47,963 nt of DNA from Octopus bimaculoides (GCF_001194135.2 NC_068986.1:43431123-43479085), one strand, 5' to 3'; numbered from the stretch's first letter, positions 33,802 to 47,631 are shown. Notes: generated by a model from the sequence alone, not told the origin. Numbers and translations are program-made.

Positions 33802-35479
33802 ACATACATATCTATATATGCATGTGTATACATACATGCATACATACATACACGCATTCATGTATATATAATGGCTCTCTAGTGATCTAGAAAGTTTTAA
33901 ATGTTGGAAAAGTACTCGTTATTTTCGTTAATAAAACATATTTTTAGCATTATATGTTAAGAAAGGTATTAGTGTCTCTATCTTTACTGTTATAATTAAA
34001 GTTATACCAGTAGGGTAAGCTTTATTCATAACGTATACCCATTATTTATTTTTGGTTCACCTAATGCATAGTTTCAAGCACAATATTCCAAAGGTGAAGA
34101 AGTGCATTAATTTGTAAAAACAAAAAAAACAAAAGAACTTGTTACTCAGGTGAGATGAATCAGCTGATGGGCAAAATTATTTCTCTGCCAAATCACATCA
34201 GTGAGAAATAACACTGGCCTATGTAAATGTTATTTTTATCAGAAATATATATTTCTAGTTCTTAGATTATCATGCATAAAAGATGAGATGAAAAAGAATA
34301 ACGAAAAAAATAACATAATTTAATTTATATACATTCTAATAAGTTTTCCATCAGCTTTTACATCTGAAGGGCAGATTTCAATCATTAATAACTTTAAAAT
34401 TTATTCGGCAAATATCTTTGAACGTATAAATGAAACTGTTGTCATAAATCAAGTTGTAAGAAATTCTTTAGAACATTCTTAAAAAATTCTATTAGACGTT
34501 GCATCACGAAGATATGTAGCCATATAAGTATTGATGCGATCATATGGTTCATTACGACGACTAAATCTATAGACCGTTCTAAAATAGATTTTTTTTTTTC
34601 TACAATCCTGAGAAAATATATAAATGGTACGAATTCAATAAATTATAGATATTCTAAAGTTCTCTGTCATAACGAAAAACAGGCTTCAGAAGGCAAAGAA
34701 AATGCTTAAAGGTAATGCTTATTTAGTATATTAGACTGAATACACACATCTGTACACGTGCGTACGCATATATCTGTCCCGTATTTTTCTCTCTCATGTA
34801 CATACATTTAAGTAGATAATTTATAGAATCCTCATGGGACAAGGTAATATTTTTGAGTTAATATTTCAGTAGCAATAACAGTGCGTTACTTTACATATCC
34901 ATATAACCATTCGTTCTCCATAGGCCGATGGAATATACACCAATTATTTGTTGTAGGAGATAGGCTGTTGTCTGAAATTAAATCCTGGTAAGAATATTGC
35001 ATCTAGGTTAGTAGACTTTTTTTACTTGTCGATATTTCTCGAAGATGAGTTTCTTCCTTGCCGAATTCCTAACATTTTGGGACATTATCCAGCAATTATA
35101 AAAGAACAATACTGTATTTATGTAATGGTTGTGTATGTGCAGTGACTTAGAAATATTGTAGTCAAGTAACTGGGATCTAGAATAAAGGTATAAGTGGGGG
35201 CCTTGAAACGGGTACGCACTGTTTTAGTTGGTCTTCGAAGTGGCATCACCAAAACCTCCATAGCCAATATTTATAACGATTTCAGGTAATATCAACAGCT
35301 ATTTTACACAAACTTTATAACCATTACAGGCAATCTCTATAACCATTTCAGTTAACGTTTGTTGTCATTTCAGTGAACATCTATAGCCATTTCAATCAAC
35401 GAAACAATTTCATTTCTTTAGTGGCTATCGATTTACAATTTCAAATCATACATGAAACACAACGTAGTATTCTTTTGTT

Positions 35480-35878
35480 CTTTTATTCTTTTTCTTGTTT
35501 CATTCATTTGACTGCGGCGATGCTGGAGGATCGCCTTAAAACTGTTTTAGTCGAAGAAATCTATCCCAGAATTTATTTTTTTAAGTCTAGTACTTATTCT
35601 ATCGGTCTCTTGTGCCAAACCGGTGAGCAACGGGTACTTAAACACCCCAGCATCAGTTGTCAAGCGATGGCGGACACAGACACAGGCACAGACACACGCA
35701 TACACACACACACATACACACACACGCGACGAGCTTCTTTCAGTCTCCATCTTCAAAATCCACTCTCAAGGTTTGGTCGGCCCGAGGCTACAGTAGAAGT
35801 TACTTGCCCAAGGTGACACGCAGTGAGACTGAACCTGGAATTACGTGATTGGAAAGCAAGCTTCTTATCACACAGCTG
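35480..35878 (-). mobile_element. SINE family B, near full length (tRNA head, CORE-like motif, CA-repeat spacer, LINE-like tail)
   Basis: CCTTGGGCAAGT motif at 35813-35802 resembles the MIR/CORE domain; 3' GCATCGCCGCAGTCAAATGA tail. Confidence 0.85.
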
Positions 35879-35898
35879 TAGACAAAGAAAATGTACAG

Positions 35899-35980
35899 AA
35901 AACCAGGATATAAAGATATAAAGGTTTTAAGAAAACGAGGATATAAAGATATAAAGGTTTTAAGAAAACCAAGATATAAA
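35899..35980. repeat. 33-bp tandem repeat, about 2.4 units
   Basis: Unit AAAACCAGGATATAAAGATATAAAGGTTTTAAG. Confidence 0.85.
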
Positions 35981-36124
35981 AATTATTGGTAGCAATAAAA
36001 TAAGATAAGATGTATGAAAATACGAATTTATCATTTGCTAAGTGGTAATTGTTGCTTTCAGATTTGAAAAATATATATGCAAGATTTTTTAAATTAAAAT
36101 CGGTTCCAATAAAATAAGATTCTT

Positions 36125-36345
36125 TTATTCTTTTACTTGTTTCAGTCATTTGACTGCGGCCATGATGGGGCACCACCTTTAGTCGAAAAAATCAACCTCA
36201 AGATTATTCTTTGTAGGCCTAGTACTTATTTTATCGGGCTTTTGTGCCGAACCGATAAGTTACAGGGAAGTGGACATACCAACATCGGTTGTCAAGCGAT
36301 GGTGGGGGCACAAACACAAACACATAAATACACACACACACACAC
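36125..36345 (-). mobile_element. SINE family B 3' half
   Basis: CTTTTACTTGTTTCAGTCATTTGACTGCGGCCATG...GGTTGTCAAGCGATG. Confidence 0.85.
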
Positions 36346-36499
36346 ACACACGCATATATATATATATCTCTCTATATATATATCTATATATATATATATA
36401 TGAAGATAATTTTATAATTTCGGTAAACCGAAGAAAAAATAGGACTGCAAATGGCAGTGTTCGGGTAGCACTGAGGCGAAAGGAAAAAATAGTTCGAAA

Positions 36500-38060
36500 G
36501 GTATAATGACCAACTGTTTTTTTCAATGAGCAATATTGGATGAAATGTGACACCCCCAACTATTTCGATATTACGATGGGATCTTCGGATTCTACGCAGG
36601 TGACTGATCTGGTGGGCCTATATCCCATTTCCCAAATTAAGGCTAATTTCCCCTTTTAGACGGTGGTCTCTATAGGGATGACGCACTATTTACCACACGT
36701 GGCTTTCTAAAACGGCTCTTCAGAGGTTGAGGAAATTTTTGAGACGACTTATGAAAAAGCAATTTGGCGTTAGCATTGTAGTCGATCTTAATTCTAGGGT
36801 AGTAAACTTCTTAGATATTGTCCTTGATTTAAACACAGGTCTATTTTATCCTTATCGTAAGCCCAATAAGTCGTCCCTTCTGTATATCAATGTCCCATCA
36901 AACCAGCCAAGATTAGCTGTAGATAGTATTGTCACTGTTATATCAATTAAGATGTCGAATTTATCGGCAAATGAAGAAATTTTTAATAAGCATGCACTTG
37001 AATACAATAATGCCCTGGCCTTAAGTGGGTTTTAGTAGGAAAATATTTCATATTTCCAACACAAAGCTAAAAATGAAATGGCTGGTTTACCACCAGACCC
37101 AGATATGCAGATCCATGAGAAACCCTCTGAATTAGTAGCTGATAATCGATATAAACCGTTCATTAAGAATGGATATAGGAGGCCTAATAGATTTATTAAT
37201 AACAATGTTATTAACAATAAAGCTGATGTGAATAGCTATAAAAAATCTAGTCAAACTAAGAAGTCTAGAATAGGGAGGTCATTTGGTACACCCCCACTTC
37301 TCTTGTTTGTTCTTCAATTTTGAAGAAAAATTTCCCGAAGTGCACAGGTATTATTCTATTTGCAACAGATCATCAATCAAATTCTCAGACTCGGTAACTC
37401 CAAACTTGGGGTCCATCATTGCTTCTTAGAATAGAAATAAAATAAATGGAAAGCAAAATGTGACACCTGTTTCAAATGTGCGTGCCAATAATATAGTTAA
37501 AACTCCAGGGGACAAGGATGGATTATTGCATTCTTCTCTAACTTCAGGCGTTGACTATTCAGCGCTTAGGAATGAATGTGCAGGAGGAAAAATGAACTCC
37601 GTCAGATATACAAAGAATGATGGTACCCCGGATTTTAGTTGTAATTTCAGAACCTCAAATTTATGTCCCCTTAAGGGGTTCTGCTTAAGAAAAAACTTAG
37701 TTTATAAATGTATAGTTAAAAGAAAGTATAATTTGATTAAGGAATATATAGGTAGCACTACTGGTTTTAGAAGGAGATATAGGGCCCACATGAGCTCATT
37801 TTCGAATACCTAATACTCTAATTCTACTGCGTTGGCATCTCATATTCATGATTCGAAGAGGAGGAATATGAGCTACACTACTGAATGGTCAGTCCTGTCC
37901 GAAACCCCCCCACTTTAATGCTAATTTAAACAAATGTTATACTTGAGAGAATCGTACTTTGATTCTTAAACGTTTTGGGCCAAAACTCTTTAATAAATTT
38001 TCTGATGTGCTCCCTTTTTGTAATCATAGGTTTTTCTCAACGTTCTTGCATATTTAAAAA
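36500..38060 (+). mobile_element. Penelope-like retroelement (Naiad-type) no. 3, 5'-truncated
   Basis: FDITMGSSDSTQVTDLVGLY; YRDD (36671-36682); FLDIVLDL (36727-37035); linker CNFRTSNLCPLKGFC; VYKC...YIGSTTGFRRRYRAH (37460-37813); TLNKFSDVLPFCNHR. Confidence 0.92.
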
Positions 38061-38489
38061 ATTAAAATTAAATTAAATTGAGATATTTCAGAAACTGAGC
38101 AGGACCTGCAACAAATTCTTTCTCTTAATTTAATCATTAATTTTTGAAATTGACAATGGACTAATTCTCACTTGAATCCACTAAAATTCTGATTTTATTT
38201 GTCTGATTGCTTTCTGTCATTGAATGAACACTATATATTTTACCTCCATCTACCATTTTAGAACAGATAGACGACCAGATATTCTGGGCGTTTTGTGATT
38301 TCTGCTAGGATTAGACCGGTGAACTGTCAGTTGTATTCTGTTATTTTTGAAACATTGTTGAACTTTTGTTGTACGTGGGAAAACCTTTGTTATTACTGCT
38401 TGCGGAAGTTTTTTTATTGATTCCCCCTTGCTTGAAGGGGGAATTATTATTAATGTTTTTGTATGGTGTTTTTGCCTATTTTTGTGTAA

Positions 38490-40810
38490 ATGGATGTGAT
38501 GGAACCTACCACGAGCAGTGGTTTTAAAATGTTATCAATACGACAAACGAAGAGTTACCAGATATGCCAACAGAGGAAACTTTTGTAAATAAACCAGATG
38601 CAAATAAAAAAGTCACCAATTTTGCTGCGGCCGCTTGTGTGGCCAGGAAAGACATAAACTGTAAGCAAAAAGATCTACAAAAGTAAAAAGGGAGGGGAAG
38701 GCAATAAAAGTTATCTCTCCCGGTGAAATCACCCACAACGCGCTGCGCAGCACTGTAATCTACAAGTCTTTTATAATTAAATACAAAAAGTGAACATTGC
38801 ACCAAAAGAAGCAGTAGAGAAATGTTTAAAACCCATTTGGCAGGACGTGGTTTACCTGACCAGGGGTAGAAAAATTACCACGATTTAAGTTCGCTTCAAA
38901 TCAGAAGACAAAGCCAGGCAGCATTCCACAGAGTAACAGAAGACGTCTGAGATGGTACTCCTGCGCACTTATCTTGGAAGACATAGTTCCAAGGTTAGAG
39001 TAGGAGCGATTCCACCTGAAGTGGATACCTGGATAGTGGCAGCCATTACAATGGATCTGGAGGATAAAATATCTATCCTACAAGCCACAGTTATAGAGCA
39101 GCAGAAATGGCAGGAGCAGGGGCTCGAGACGCTGATTAAAGCGACCCCTGTCGACCTTGAAGAGATTATAGAAACCATTCATGTGGGGAACACCAAGCTT
39201 CGCGTAATTGTCGAGGGGAAGAAGCCTGAAAGTTACAAATGTGGCCAAAAAGGACATATTAGATTCGAGTGCCAGCCTCCCTCAGAAAAAGCATCAGTGC
39301 CCCCACCTCTCGAGAAAGCATCAGCTCCGCCAGAGCCAACAGAAGCCTCCCTGAAAGTGGAAATTGCTGAGGAGGAGTGTACTATGGAGGGCAAGCCTGA
39401 AAATTCGGAAGGTGGTGGATGGAAAATACAAACATTTAGAAAGGAAAGACAAAAAAGAAAATCGAAAACCCAACCCACCCCTACAAGTCCCACATACAAA
39501 AAAAACTGCACAAATCACATAAGACACTCAAACTCCCCAACCGCCATCATTTCCCATCCAACTAGACATCAATTTAATAGCAGCAAATGCCAAAATTTCT
39601 AGACTGATTCATAAACCAAATGAGACTCCTACAGCGGGAGTTAATAACAATTATTTGGATAAAGCCCCCAAAACATGAAAATTTATTCAATAGACAGAAA
39701 TAACTATATTATATTAAAAAGTGAATTTCAACATGACATAGGCCCTCTGAGAAAGGACTTCTCTCCTCAGATCTTTGAGGGCCTAGTCAAAGATACCCTG
39801 CAAGCCCCGGAATAATGGATTGAGAAGAGATTACCATCCCATCTTCAACTCCTGGTAAAACGTTACTTTTATGATTAAACTCAATGTAGTGTGTTTAAAT
39901 GTACGCGACTTGGGGTCAGTTTGGAAGCAAGGTCGCTTCCTTGATTACCTTAGGTCGCATAGATTGGATATAGTAGTTGCCACGAAAACCAGATTGAGTG
40001 AACTGCGGGACTTTTCCCTTCTCCTAAACGGCTACGAAAATTTTATTTCTCCATGCCCATCTAGTGGATGGAGTAGTGTCACAGTTCTGCTCAGGAAAAA
40101 TCTGGACTTAGAGACAAGAATAATCTTTATTGACCCGGAGCGCAGGTTGGTTGTCCTAGACTGACACCCAGCAGTAGTAAGATCTTCAGGTTGGTAGCTG
40201 TCTATGCTTCCTCGGGAGCTGGACAGTCTGACTATTTTAGAAGCCTAGAAAATTTTCTAGGTACGTCACACACATTAGTGTAGTTAGGAGACTTTAACAC
40301 AAATAATGATGCACAAATAGATTGTATTGGTTCGAACTCAGATAGGAGGGGAAACCAGTGCTTCAGTGACCTGCTCAGTCATTTTCAGCTGGCAGATCGG
40401 TACAGACTAGAATTCCTGGACCCTCCATTGTGGACATGAACTAATAGCGACGGGTCTTCTAGATCTTATTTAGATAGGATAATAATTAGGCGTAATGACA
40501 AAAAACTTCGCTAGGTGTCCACTACGTCAGCTACAGTGATCACAAACTTGTGACCCGTATGTTTGACTTAGTTAGGTTATGCAGGCAGGGTCCCCGATGC
40601 TGGAAACTCAACACATCTCTTTTGGCTTGTGAGGAGTACAGGAATCAGATTAGACTGTTAGTTTAGAGGGCATTGGCTGGATCCATTATAAATAACAAAC
40701 GGTGGTACGCCTTCAAAAGAGCCATTAAGTCTGAGTCAATTAGATATAGTAAGGAGCTAGTCGCTAAGAAAAATAGAATAGAAAGGGCTTTAGTACAAGT
40801 TCTAGATGAG
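38490..40810 (+). mobile_element. Tx1/L1-clade LINE, 5' part: ORF1 (zinc knuckle) and ORF2 APE domain; 3'-truncated
   Basis: ORF1 has xYKCGQKGHIRFEC (38952-39602). ORF2 reads MIKLNVVCLNVRDLG...DIVVATKT..., LGDFN, SYLDRI, YSDHK, CWKLN. No RT domain follows. Confidence 0.88.
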
Positions 40811-41356
40811 GTCTAGCACTGAGGCCTGGCTCTGCGTCCCAAAGATTTCTTCTCTCCCCTTCTTGTGTTGTCCCTTCTATGTTGGCCTATTGTTAGCAAT
40901 AAGGAATTTGATATACGACCAAAAATGTGTGACTTTTGAGAATATTCTCCTGAGGAAAAGGTCATTGCCTTTGGATTTCCTTAATAGATTTTACATTAAC
41001 GAAGTATGGCGACGTCTTTTGAAACGACCATAGAGATGGGTTTCAAATGAACTTTTTTCTGGTTATCACTTTGTCCTTTATTTGAATTATATTATTTTAG
41101 TTTCATTGCTTTAAATTTTTAGTCGCTTTTAATATGCATTAATCTAATCCGTATATTTTTTTCATTCGACTTCACTCGTATTACCTTTTAATGTTTTATC
41201 GCCTCTTTTATTCGTATATATGTGTATATCTTATACTATTGGGTTTTACCATTGGATACCCTGATGTTTTTAATATATATTTATGTTCGATTTATTATAA
41301 CATGGGAATGTTATTAAGTTGTTTCGACCAATTAGAGCGTTTATTCATTATACATT

Positions 41357-41620
<264 letters not shown>

Positions 41621-41892
41621 CTTGAGCTGCATCCATATTTCGAGAATAGGAGAAAAAGAAGCATAACAGTGTTAACAGTGAAAATTCTGTGAGATGTTTC
41701 TCTTGCCCAATGAAACGAATCGTTATAATATTTATGGAATTTACAGTTAGAGAAATACATTGTGTTAGATCTAAGCTGCTATGTCAATTGTTAATACGAA
41801 TATTCTTCGCAAAAACGAATAAGAATTTATGTATATGTCACCAAATCTATAGAGTTTTACACTTGTTTGAATTATTTATACATAAAAGCAGA

Positions 41893-42514
41893 CTAAGTAT
41901 TGGCGAATAACAAGAAGGCTTCGGGGAACAACTTTTTAAGAAGTTGTATCACCTGCATGTATAAACAAACGAAGAAAACTACGACAGTTACAGCTGAAAT
42001 GTTCATGCTGTGAGCTTTCCTAAATAAACAGATTTTCTCTGTTACGAGATTTAAAATGTCATCGCCAGTAACAACTGTTCGTGCTGCCGACTCATCTTGA
42101 TAATTACATCTGTAATAGTCAGCAATTAAAAGGAACCGTATTAGAAACGTTTGAAAGAGGAGCGAGTTTGACATAATATGCATACAAAACACCTGGAAGC
42201 AAATCAATATTCTTGTCATATATAAATATAGTATTGCTATATTCGTTGAAAGAAATTTATTCGTTTCATTAATTTCATTGAATGATTGTACACAATTTAG
42301 GACCCACATACTGACCTAGCACATTTGTTACTACAAATCATATAAAAAAAATATTGGTGAATTCTTTTAGTCATCTCTCATACGATTGTAAACAAGAAAA
42401 AAATCTGAGTAAGCTGCGTCTTTTACCGTATTAAGAAGATTTGGCAAGATCTAACTGGCTTGTAAAGAATTTCGGGATACAACGACGATATGAAAACTTG
42501 TCACAATGCAAATA
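41893..42514 (-). CDS. weak candidate exon trio: 42514-42456, 42109-42046, 41952-41893
   Basis: Phase-compatible GT-AG pieces give YLHCDKFSYRRCIPKFFTSQ/CNYQDESAARTVVTGDDILNL/VIQLLKKLFPEAFLLFANT*. The last acceptor is good and the donors are moderate. Confidence 0.25.
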
Positions 42515-42964
42515 CTACAAAAATCTTCTATCTGACTCTACAGCAGTTTTTCGTATAAACACAAACTAGCTTTAATGAGAAACATTGTTGAAGTACTGTG
42601 CAGGATAATAATTTGTACACATTTACAAAATCTGATATGTATAGTCGTTAATTTAATCAAACCATAATGTAGTGCTTTGAAGGAATATTAAAAAAGAAAT
42701 TACCAAGTTTGAAAAACAATACCCATAATAATGTTATATTTTGTATTTAAGATAACACATAGTCCATTTTAGCTATGAAATATAAATGCGACAGCTTCAG
42801 AGTAAAGATCGAACCTTTCGATTTCAATATCAGTTTAAATACAACTAGAGCCAATCACCATCTCTAGCCCATAAATCCATCAACTCTACATCGGAAGGTT
42901 GAACTGTGAACTTTTATGCTTCTTTTTTCTCCTCTCTCTTCATCTCATTATTCCTTTACTTCTG

Positions 42965-43137
42965 TCTTCTGTGTAGCAGAAACAGATGACATGTCTGATA
43001 CTGAGATAAACATACCAAAGTGTCTTGTATTTCGAACTAACAGAAGAGAAAGAATTCTTGGTGGAAATGCAATGTACAACAGGGAAATAGTTATGGATGT
43101 AGTCCTACTGTCAAACTCAAACTCAGTTTGTGACACA
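42965..43137 (+). mobile_element. CR1-group LINE APE endonuclease fragment
   Basis: AETDDMSDTEINIPKCLVFRTNRRERILGGNAMY resembles the APE N-terminal ET...EI.IP.Y..FR.DR...GG motif set. Confidence 0.6.
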
Positions 43138-43323
43138 TACATATATATATATACACGCTCATGAACCATACACACACATTTATCTTAAAATAAATTTAGT
43201 AACTATAAATAAATAAAACGTGNNNNNNNNNNAAATAAAACGTGTAAATTTATGATTATTATCTCTCTATCTATATTTTAGTGTATATATCTATATACAG
43301 CTATGTATGTATGTATGTATGTA

Positions 43324-43370
<47 letters not shown>

Positions 43371-43864
43371 GTGTATGTATGTATATCGGTGAAGAGTAAT
43401 GATAAATCAATGTGTCTTCAAAGTCGTACAATAATGAATTATAAACGTACCAAGCACCAAAAAGGAGTTTCTGTCAAAATTAATGGATTTCGGAGCTCCG
43501 GGAAATTTAGACTACATCTCACTTACATTCTTTTGCCTTATATATTAATATTGTAGCTTTAGTACATTTCCTTCAACATGCGTGTTTAATGTAAGACTTA
43601 TTTTAAAGCAAATGATGTGTACTCTACAGAAATGTGCCTTCCCCCTCTCTCTTTCTCTTTCCCTCTCTCTCTTTGTATATATATATATATATATATATAT
43701 CTTTTATTGATGTTAAGAAGGTAGATAAAAAAAATTAGAAATGAATTACAATCTTATGACTTCCACTGTGTTGCGTGCCGCTCCAAAATTGTACTTGTTA
43801 CTCTTCTATATTATTCTTGCTGTAATAGTCATATAATCTTTCATCCTCTAGCTCTGATAAAATA

Positions 43865-44060
43865 TTTGAGAAAAATTATATGTAGTCTTCGAATTAGCTT
43901 TCTACTTTCTGATTTTGGGAAGCCTAATTTCTCAAGATTGATATTTAGGTAGTGTGTTACATACCCCAACGCTCCAATAATTACAGGCATAAATCTGAAG
44001 ATAGCATTGTATTTAAATTGATGTAATGCTTGCATTATTCAATTAAATGGAGCCGCTTGA
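43865..44060 (-). mobile_element. RLE-type (R4-like) LINE 3' tip
   Basis: FMPVIIGALGYVTHYLNINLEKLGF. Confidence 0.65.
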
Positions 44061-44239
44061 AACGGTGGTATTGCACTAACACTTGACATCCTGTTACTTA
44101 TTTATTTTGATTTTATTCACCTTGGTGCTTCAACTTAAGTACGTAATTCAACTGAATTTTGATTATTTCTTATATATATATATTATTTCTTATATTATAT
44201 TTTCTTCATGATAAAATTATTTTAGCATTTTCTACCTTG

Positions 44240-46600
44240 TCTTCCCAAATAATATGGACCATATCCACAACATAGAAATATCACCGTCAACTCACCCAGA
44301 CCATAACATGATAGAACTGTCAATATATAGTCCAAAACTAATTAAAGAATCATACAACACAGCTGGATCCCAAGCGCTAGCTAACCTGAACTTCAACTAG
44401 GCTGACTAGAAGTCTATCAACAAAGAGATACTCCAGCAAAACTGGCTTTAAAAGTCTGTCCATGCAAGACACTGACATGAAACTCAATGAGGTCATGTCA
44501 ATAATGCGAACCATGTGCACGACGTTTGTTCCAAAGAAAGCCGCCAAACATAGGAACATTATCTCCCGAGATAGGAGAATCCTAATGAGACGGCGGATAA
44601 AGATCTCGAATGGCTTGAATAAGGAGCCTAATGAGAGCAAAAAGCCCTACCTCAAAATATCAGACTTTTCCATGAAAAAGAAAGGGTAAACAGAGAAACC
44701 AGGGCAGTGGAAAATATAAAAAGGAATGCTAAAGCCTTCTACAAGTTCGCAAAAGCGTCCTGCCTCAGTGTGCTACAGGATAGAGCCGCTGTTTGATGAA
44801 AAGGGTTCACTGACTGCAGACCCCAAGAGGGTAGGTGAAACACTCAATAAACAATTCCAAAGTGTTTTCACTTCTCCACTGAAAACATGAAAATTAGCAG
44901 AGCTGATGGGTTCTTCAACACCTTTAACTTACAAGACAAAAAAGGCGGTCATCGATTACATTGACATTACAAAAGAGGATGTACTGCCAGCCATTGACGA
45001 GATAAACTCAAACTCTGCAACAGGCCCACATGGACTCCCAGCAAATCTGTTAAAAACATGCAGGAAGGCCCTTGCAAAACCAATGTAAATGCTTTTCTAG
45101 AGTTCACTTGAATGTGGTACATTTCCTCAAATGTTAAAAGAAAGAATAATCTGCCCTGCTCACAAAGGAGGAAGTAGAGCAGCTGCTATAAACTACAGGC
45201 CTATCTCTCTGACCTCACATGCTAGCAATACCATGGAATGCATTATCAGAAAAAGACTGACCACATTCCTAGAAAAAAATGACTTGCTAATAGACATGCA
45301 ACATGGCTCACGTCTTGGAAGGAGCTGCCTAACACAGCTACTGCAGCACCTCAACTGGATACTAAAACAACAATGTGGATGTGATATATCTCGACTTTAC
45401 CAAGGCCTTTCACAAAGTCGATCACAAATTGCGTGACCTCGGTATCGCTGGTAGACTGGGAGAGTGACTGCATGATTTCCTGAAAGGCAGAAGTCAGGCT
45501 GTCACAGCAAACGGTTACCTCGCTGAAGTGACACCAATCCTCAGTGGATCCCCCCAGGGAACAGTGCTCAGACCGTTACTGTTTGTGGTTGCTCTCTCGG
45601 ACATGCCCTCAGCCATAGGATCAGCCACACTCACCAACTACGCCGACGATACATAGGTGTCGCAAGCAGTCAAGGGTCCTACTGACATCCTAAGATTGCA
45701 GAATGATGTGAATGCAATATATAAGTGGGGAAATGAGAATAATATGCAGTTCAATGCCGCAAAATTTCAAGCACTCCGCTATCAGCCCACCAACAATCTA
45801 CAACTGAAGTACATGGAACCAGCAGGCAATGTAATCACAGAGTTAGAGTCGGCGCGCAACATAGGAACCCGCGTGAACAACGACGCAAATTTTCATGTGC
45901 ATATTGCTCAGATGGCAACACTATGCAGGCAGGTGGCAGGTTGGATCCAAAAATCCTTCCGAACCAGAAACAGACACAGTGCTTCTGCTTTGGAAAACCT
46001 TTGTCCTCAGTCGTCTGGACTACTGCTCCCAACTGAGTTCACCGCAGAAAGTAAAACTAATTTCGGTACTAGAAGCAATCCAGCGCCACTACACAAGGAA
46101 GATAGACTCAGTAAAACACATGGGCTACTGGGAGAGGTTAACAGAACTGGGACTCTACTCCCTGGAGAGGAGATGTGAGAAATATGCAGTGTTGTGTATA
46201 TGGAAAATAATGAGGGGATCTAGCTCCAAATTTAGGAATCAAAAGCTACAACAATCCCCTAACTGGTCGGCACTGCACAGTACAAAAGGTTTCATCTTCT
46301 CCATCGAAGATACGAACCCAATATTATAACAGCTTCGGATTAAAGAGACCACACGTTTTTAATGCCCTACCACAGAACATCAGGGAACTACGAGGTGTGG
46401 ACATGGAAGTCTTCCAAAAGCGTCTAGACAGTTTTTATTATCTGCAATACCGGATGAACCCACATCGCTGCAGGAGGCACAAAGAAAAACGGCAACGTCC
46501 AACTCGCGACTTCACCAGAATCAATACTGAAAAAACTCCTTGTATGCAGTAAAGGCGGTGCATGAGCATGGCTTCAGCCTCTGGCTGAAACCTGTAAAAG
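44240..46600 (+). mobile_element. CR1-group LINE ORF2 (APE end, RT, 3' UTR), decayed
   Basis: PDHN; NYRPISLTS; QHG...GRSCLTQLL; YLDFTKAFHKVD; GSPQGTVL.PLLF; YADD (45639-45650); VLSRLDYCS...LEAIQR...LYSLERR; 3' stem-loop and TAAAAGA tail. Confidence 0.9.
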
Positions 46601-46634
46601 AAAGAAGATAAAAGAAAGATATACATATATATAT

Positions 46635-46790
46635 AAATTGCGCTCTTTTTCAGTTTCCGCCAACCACATCCATTCGTCCATTCACAAGACTTTGGTCGGC
46701 CCAGAAATATGGCAGAAGACACTTGTCCAAGGTACCACGCAATCAATGTTGATGGAACCACAGTTCTTACTACACAAAATGTTGACGGTA
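46635..46790 (-). mobile_element. SINE family B 5' half
   Basis: TTTCAGTTTCCG...CACAAGACTTTGGTCGGCCC...AGAAGACACTTGTCCAAGG. Confidence 0.8.
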
Positions 46791-47269
46791 ACTTCAAAAT
46801 TTCGGGTCCCTAAATGTCATGGATCTATGGCGTATTCGGATTTTCGAGCCTCATATATATATATATATATNNNNNNNNNNNNNNNNNNNNNNNNNNNNNN
46901 NNNNNNNNNNNNNNNNNNNNNNNNNNNNNNNNNNNNNNNNNNNNNNNNNNNNNNNNNNNNNNNNNNNNNNNNNNNNNNNNNNNNNNNNNNNNNNNNNNNN
47001 NNNNNNNNNNNNNNNNNNNNNNNNNNNNNNNNNNNNNNNNNNNNNNNNNNNNNNNNNNNNNNNNNNNNNNNNNNNNNNNNNNNNNNNNNNNNNNNNNNNN
47101 NNNNNNNNNNNNNNNNNNNNNNNNNNNNNNNNNNNNNNNNNNNNNNNNNNNNNNNNNNNNNNNNNNNNNNNNNNNNNNNNNNNNNNNNNNNNNNNNNNNN
47201 NNNNNNNNNNNNNNNNNNNNNNCCCCCCCACCCAGCTGAACGGGACGCCAGTTCATTGCAGTGTTACTC

Positions 47270-47462
47270 AAGAAACAGGAAGAAAGAGTGAGAGGAAGTT
47301 CGGGTGAAAGAGTACAACAGGGGTCACAACCACCCCCTGCCGGAGCATCGTGGAGCTTAGGTGTTTTCGCTCATTACACACTCACAACGCCCGGCCTGAG
47401 AATCGAAACCGCGATCCTCCGACCGTGAGTCCGCTGCCCTAACCACTGGGCCATTGCGTCTC
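47270..47462 (-). mobile_element. SINE family C 5' half
   Basis: Reverse complement GACGCAATGGCCCAGTGGTTAGGGCAGCGGACTC...GGTTTCGATTC; matches the copy at 14460. Confidence 0.85.
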
Positions 47463-47579
47463 CAATTTTATGATATAAACTTACATAGAAATAAGTATTG
47501 ACATAATGTTACATAAAATGAAACACAGACGCAAACACACATATTAATATATGGACAAGAAATGTATATTTATATATGC

Positions 47580-47628
<49 letters not shown>

Positions 47629-47631
47629 AGA

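Noticed and set aside
34145-34222. Exon-like open stretch PVLFLTDVIWQRNNFAHQLIHLT (minus strand)
   Set aside because: A TGA falls immediately before the donor, the acceptor is weak, and it cannot be linked in phase.
35899-35980. 33-bp repeats as a CRISPR-like array
   Set aside because: The units are contiguous with no spacers, and the context is eukaryotic.
37935-37950. In-frame TGA at the second Cys of a CxxC in Naiad no. 3 (possible selenocysteine, reported for some Naiads)
   Set aside because: The adjacent frame gives LRESY, matching the expected C..CLxE pattern. The TGA is better explained by a small deletion with a compensating insertion. No SECIS was recognised.
43212-43245. Direct repeat AAATAAAACGTG on both sides of a 10-N gap
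   Set aside because: Typical unmerged contig overlap; an assembly artefact rather than a target-site duplication.
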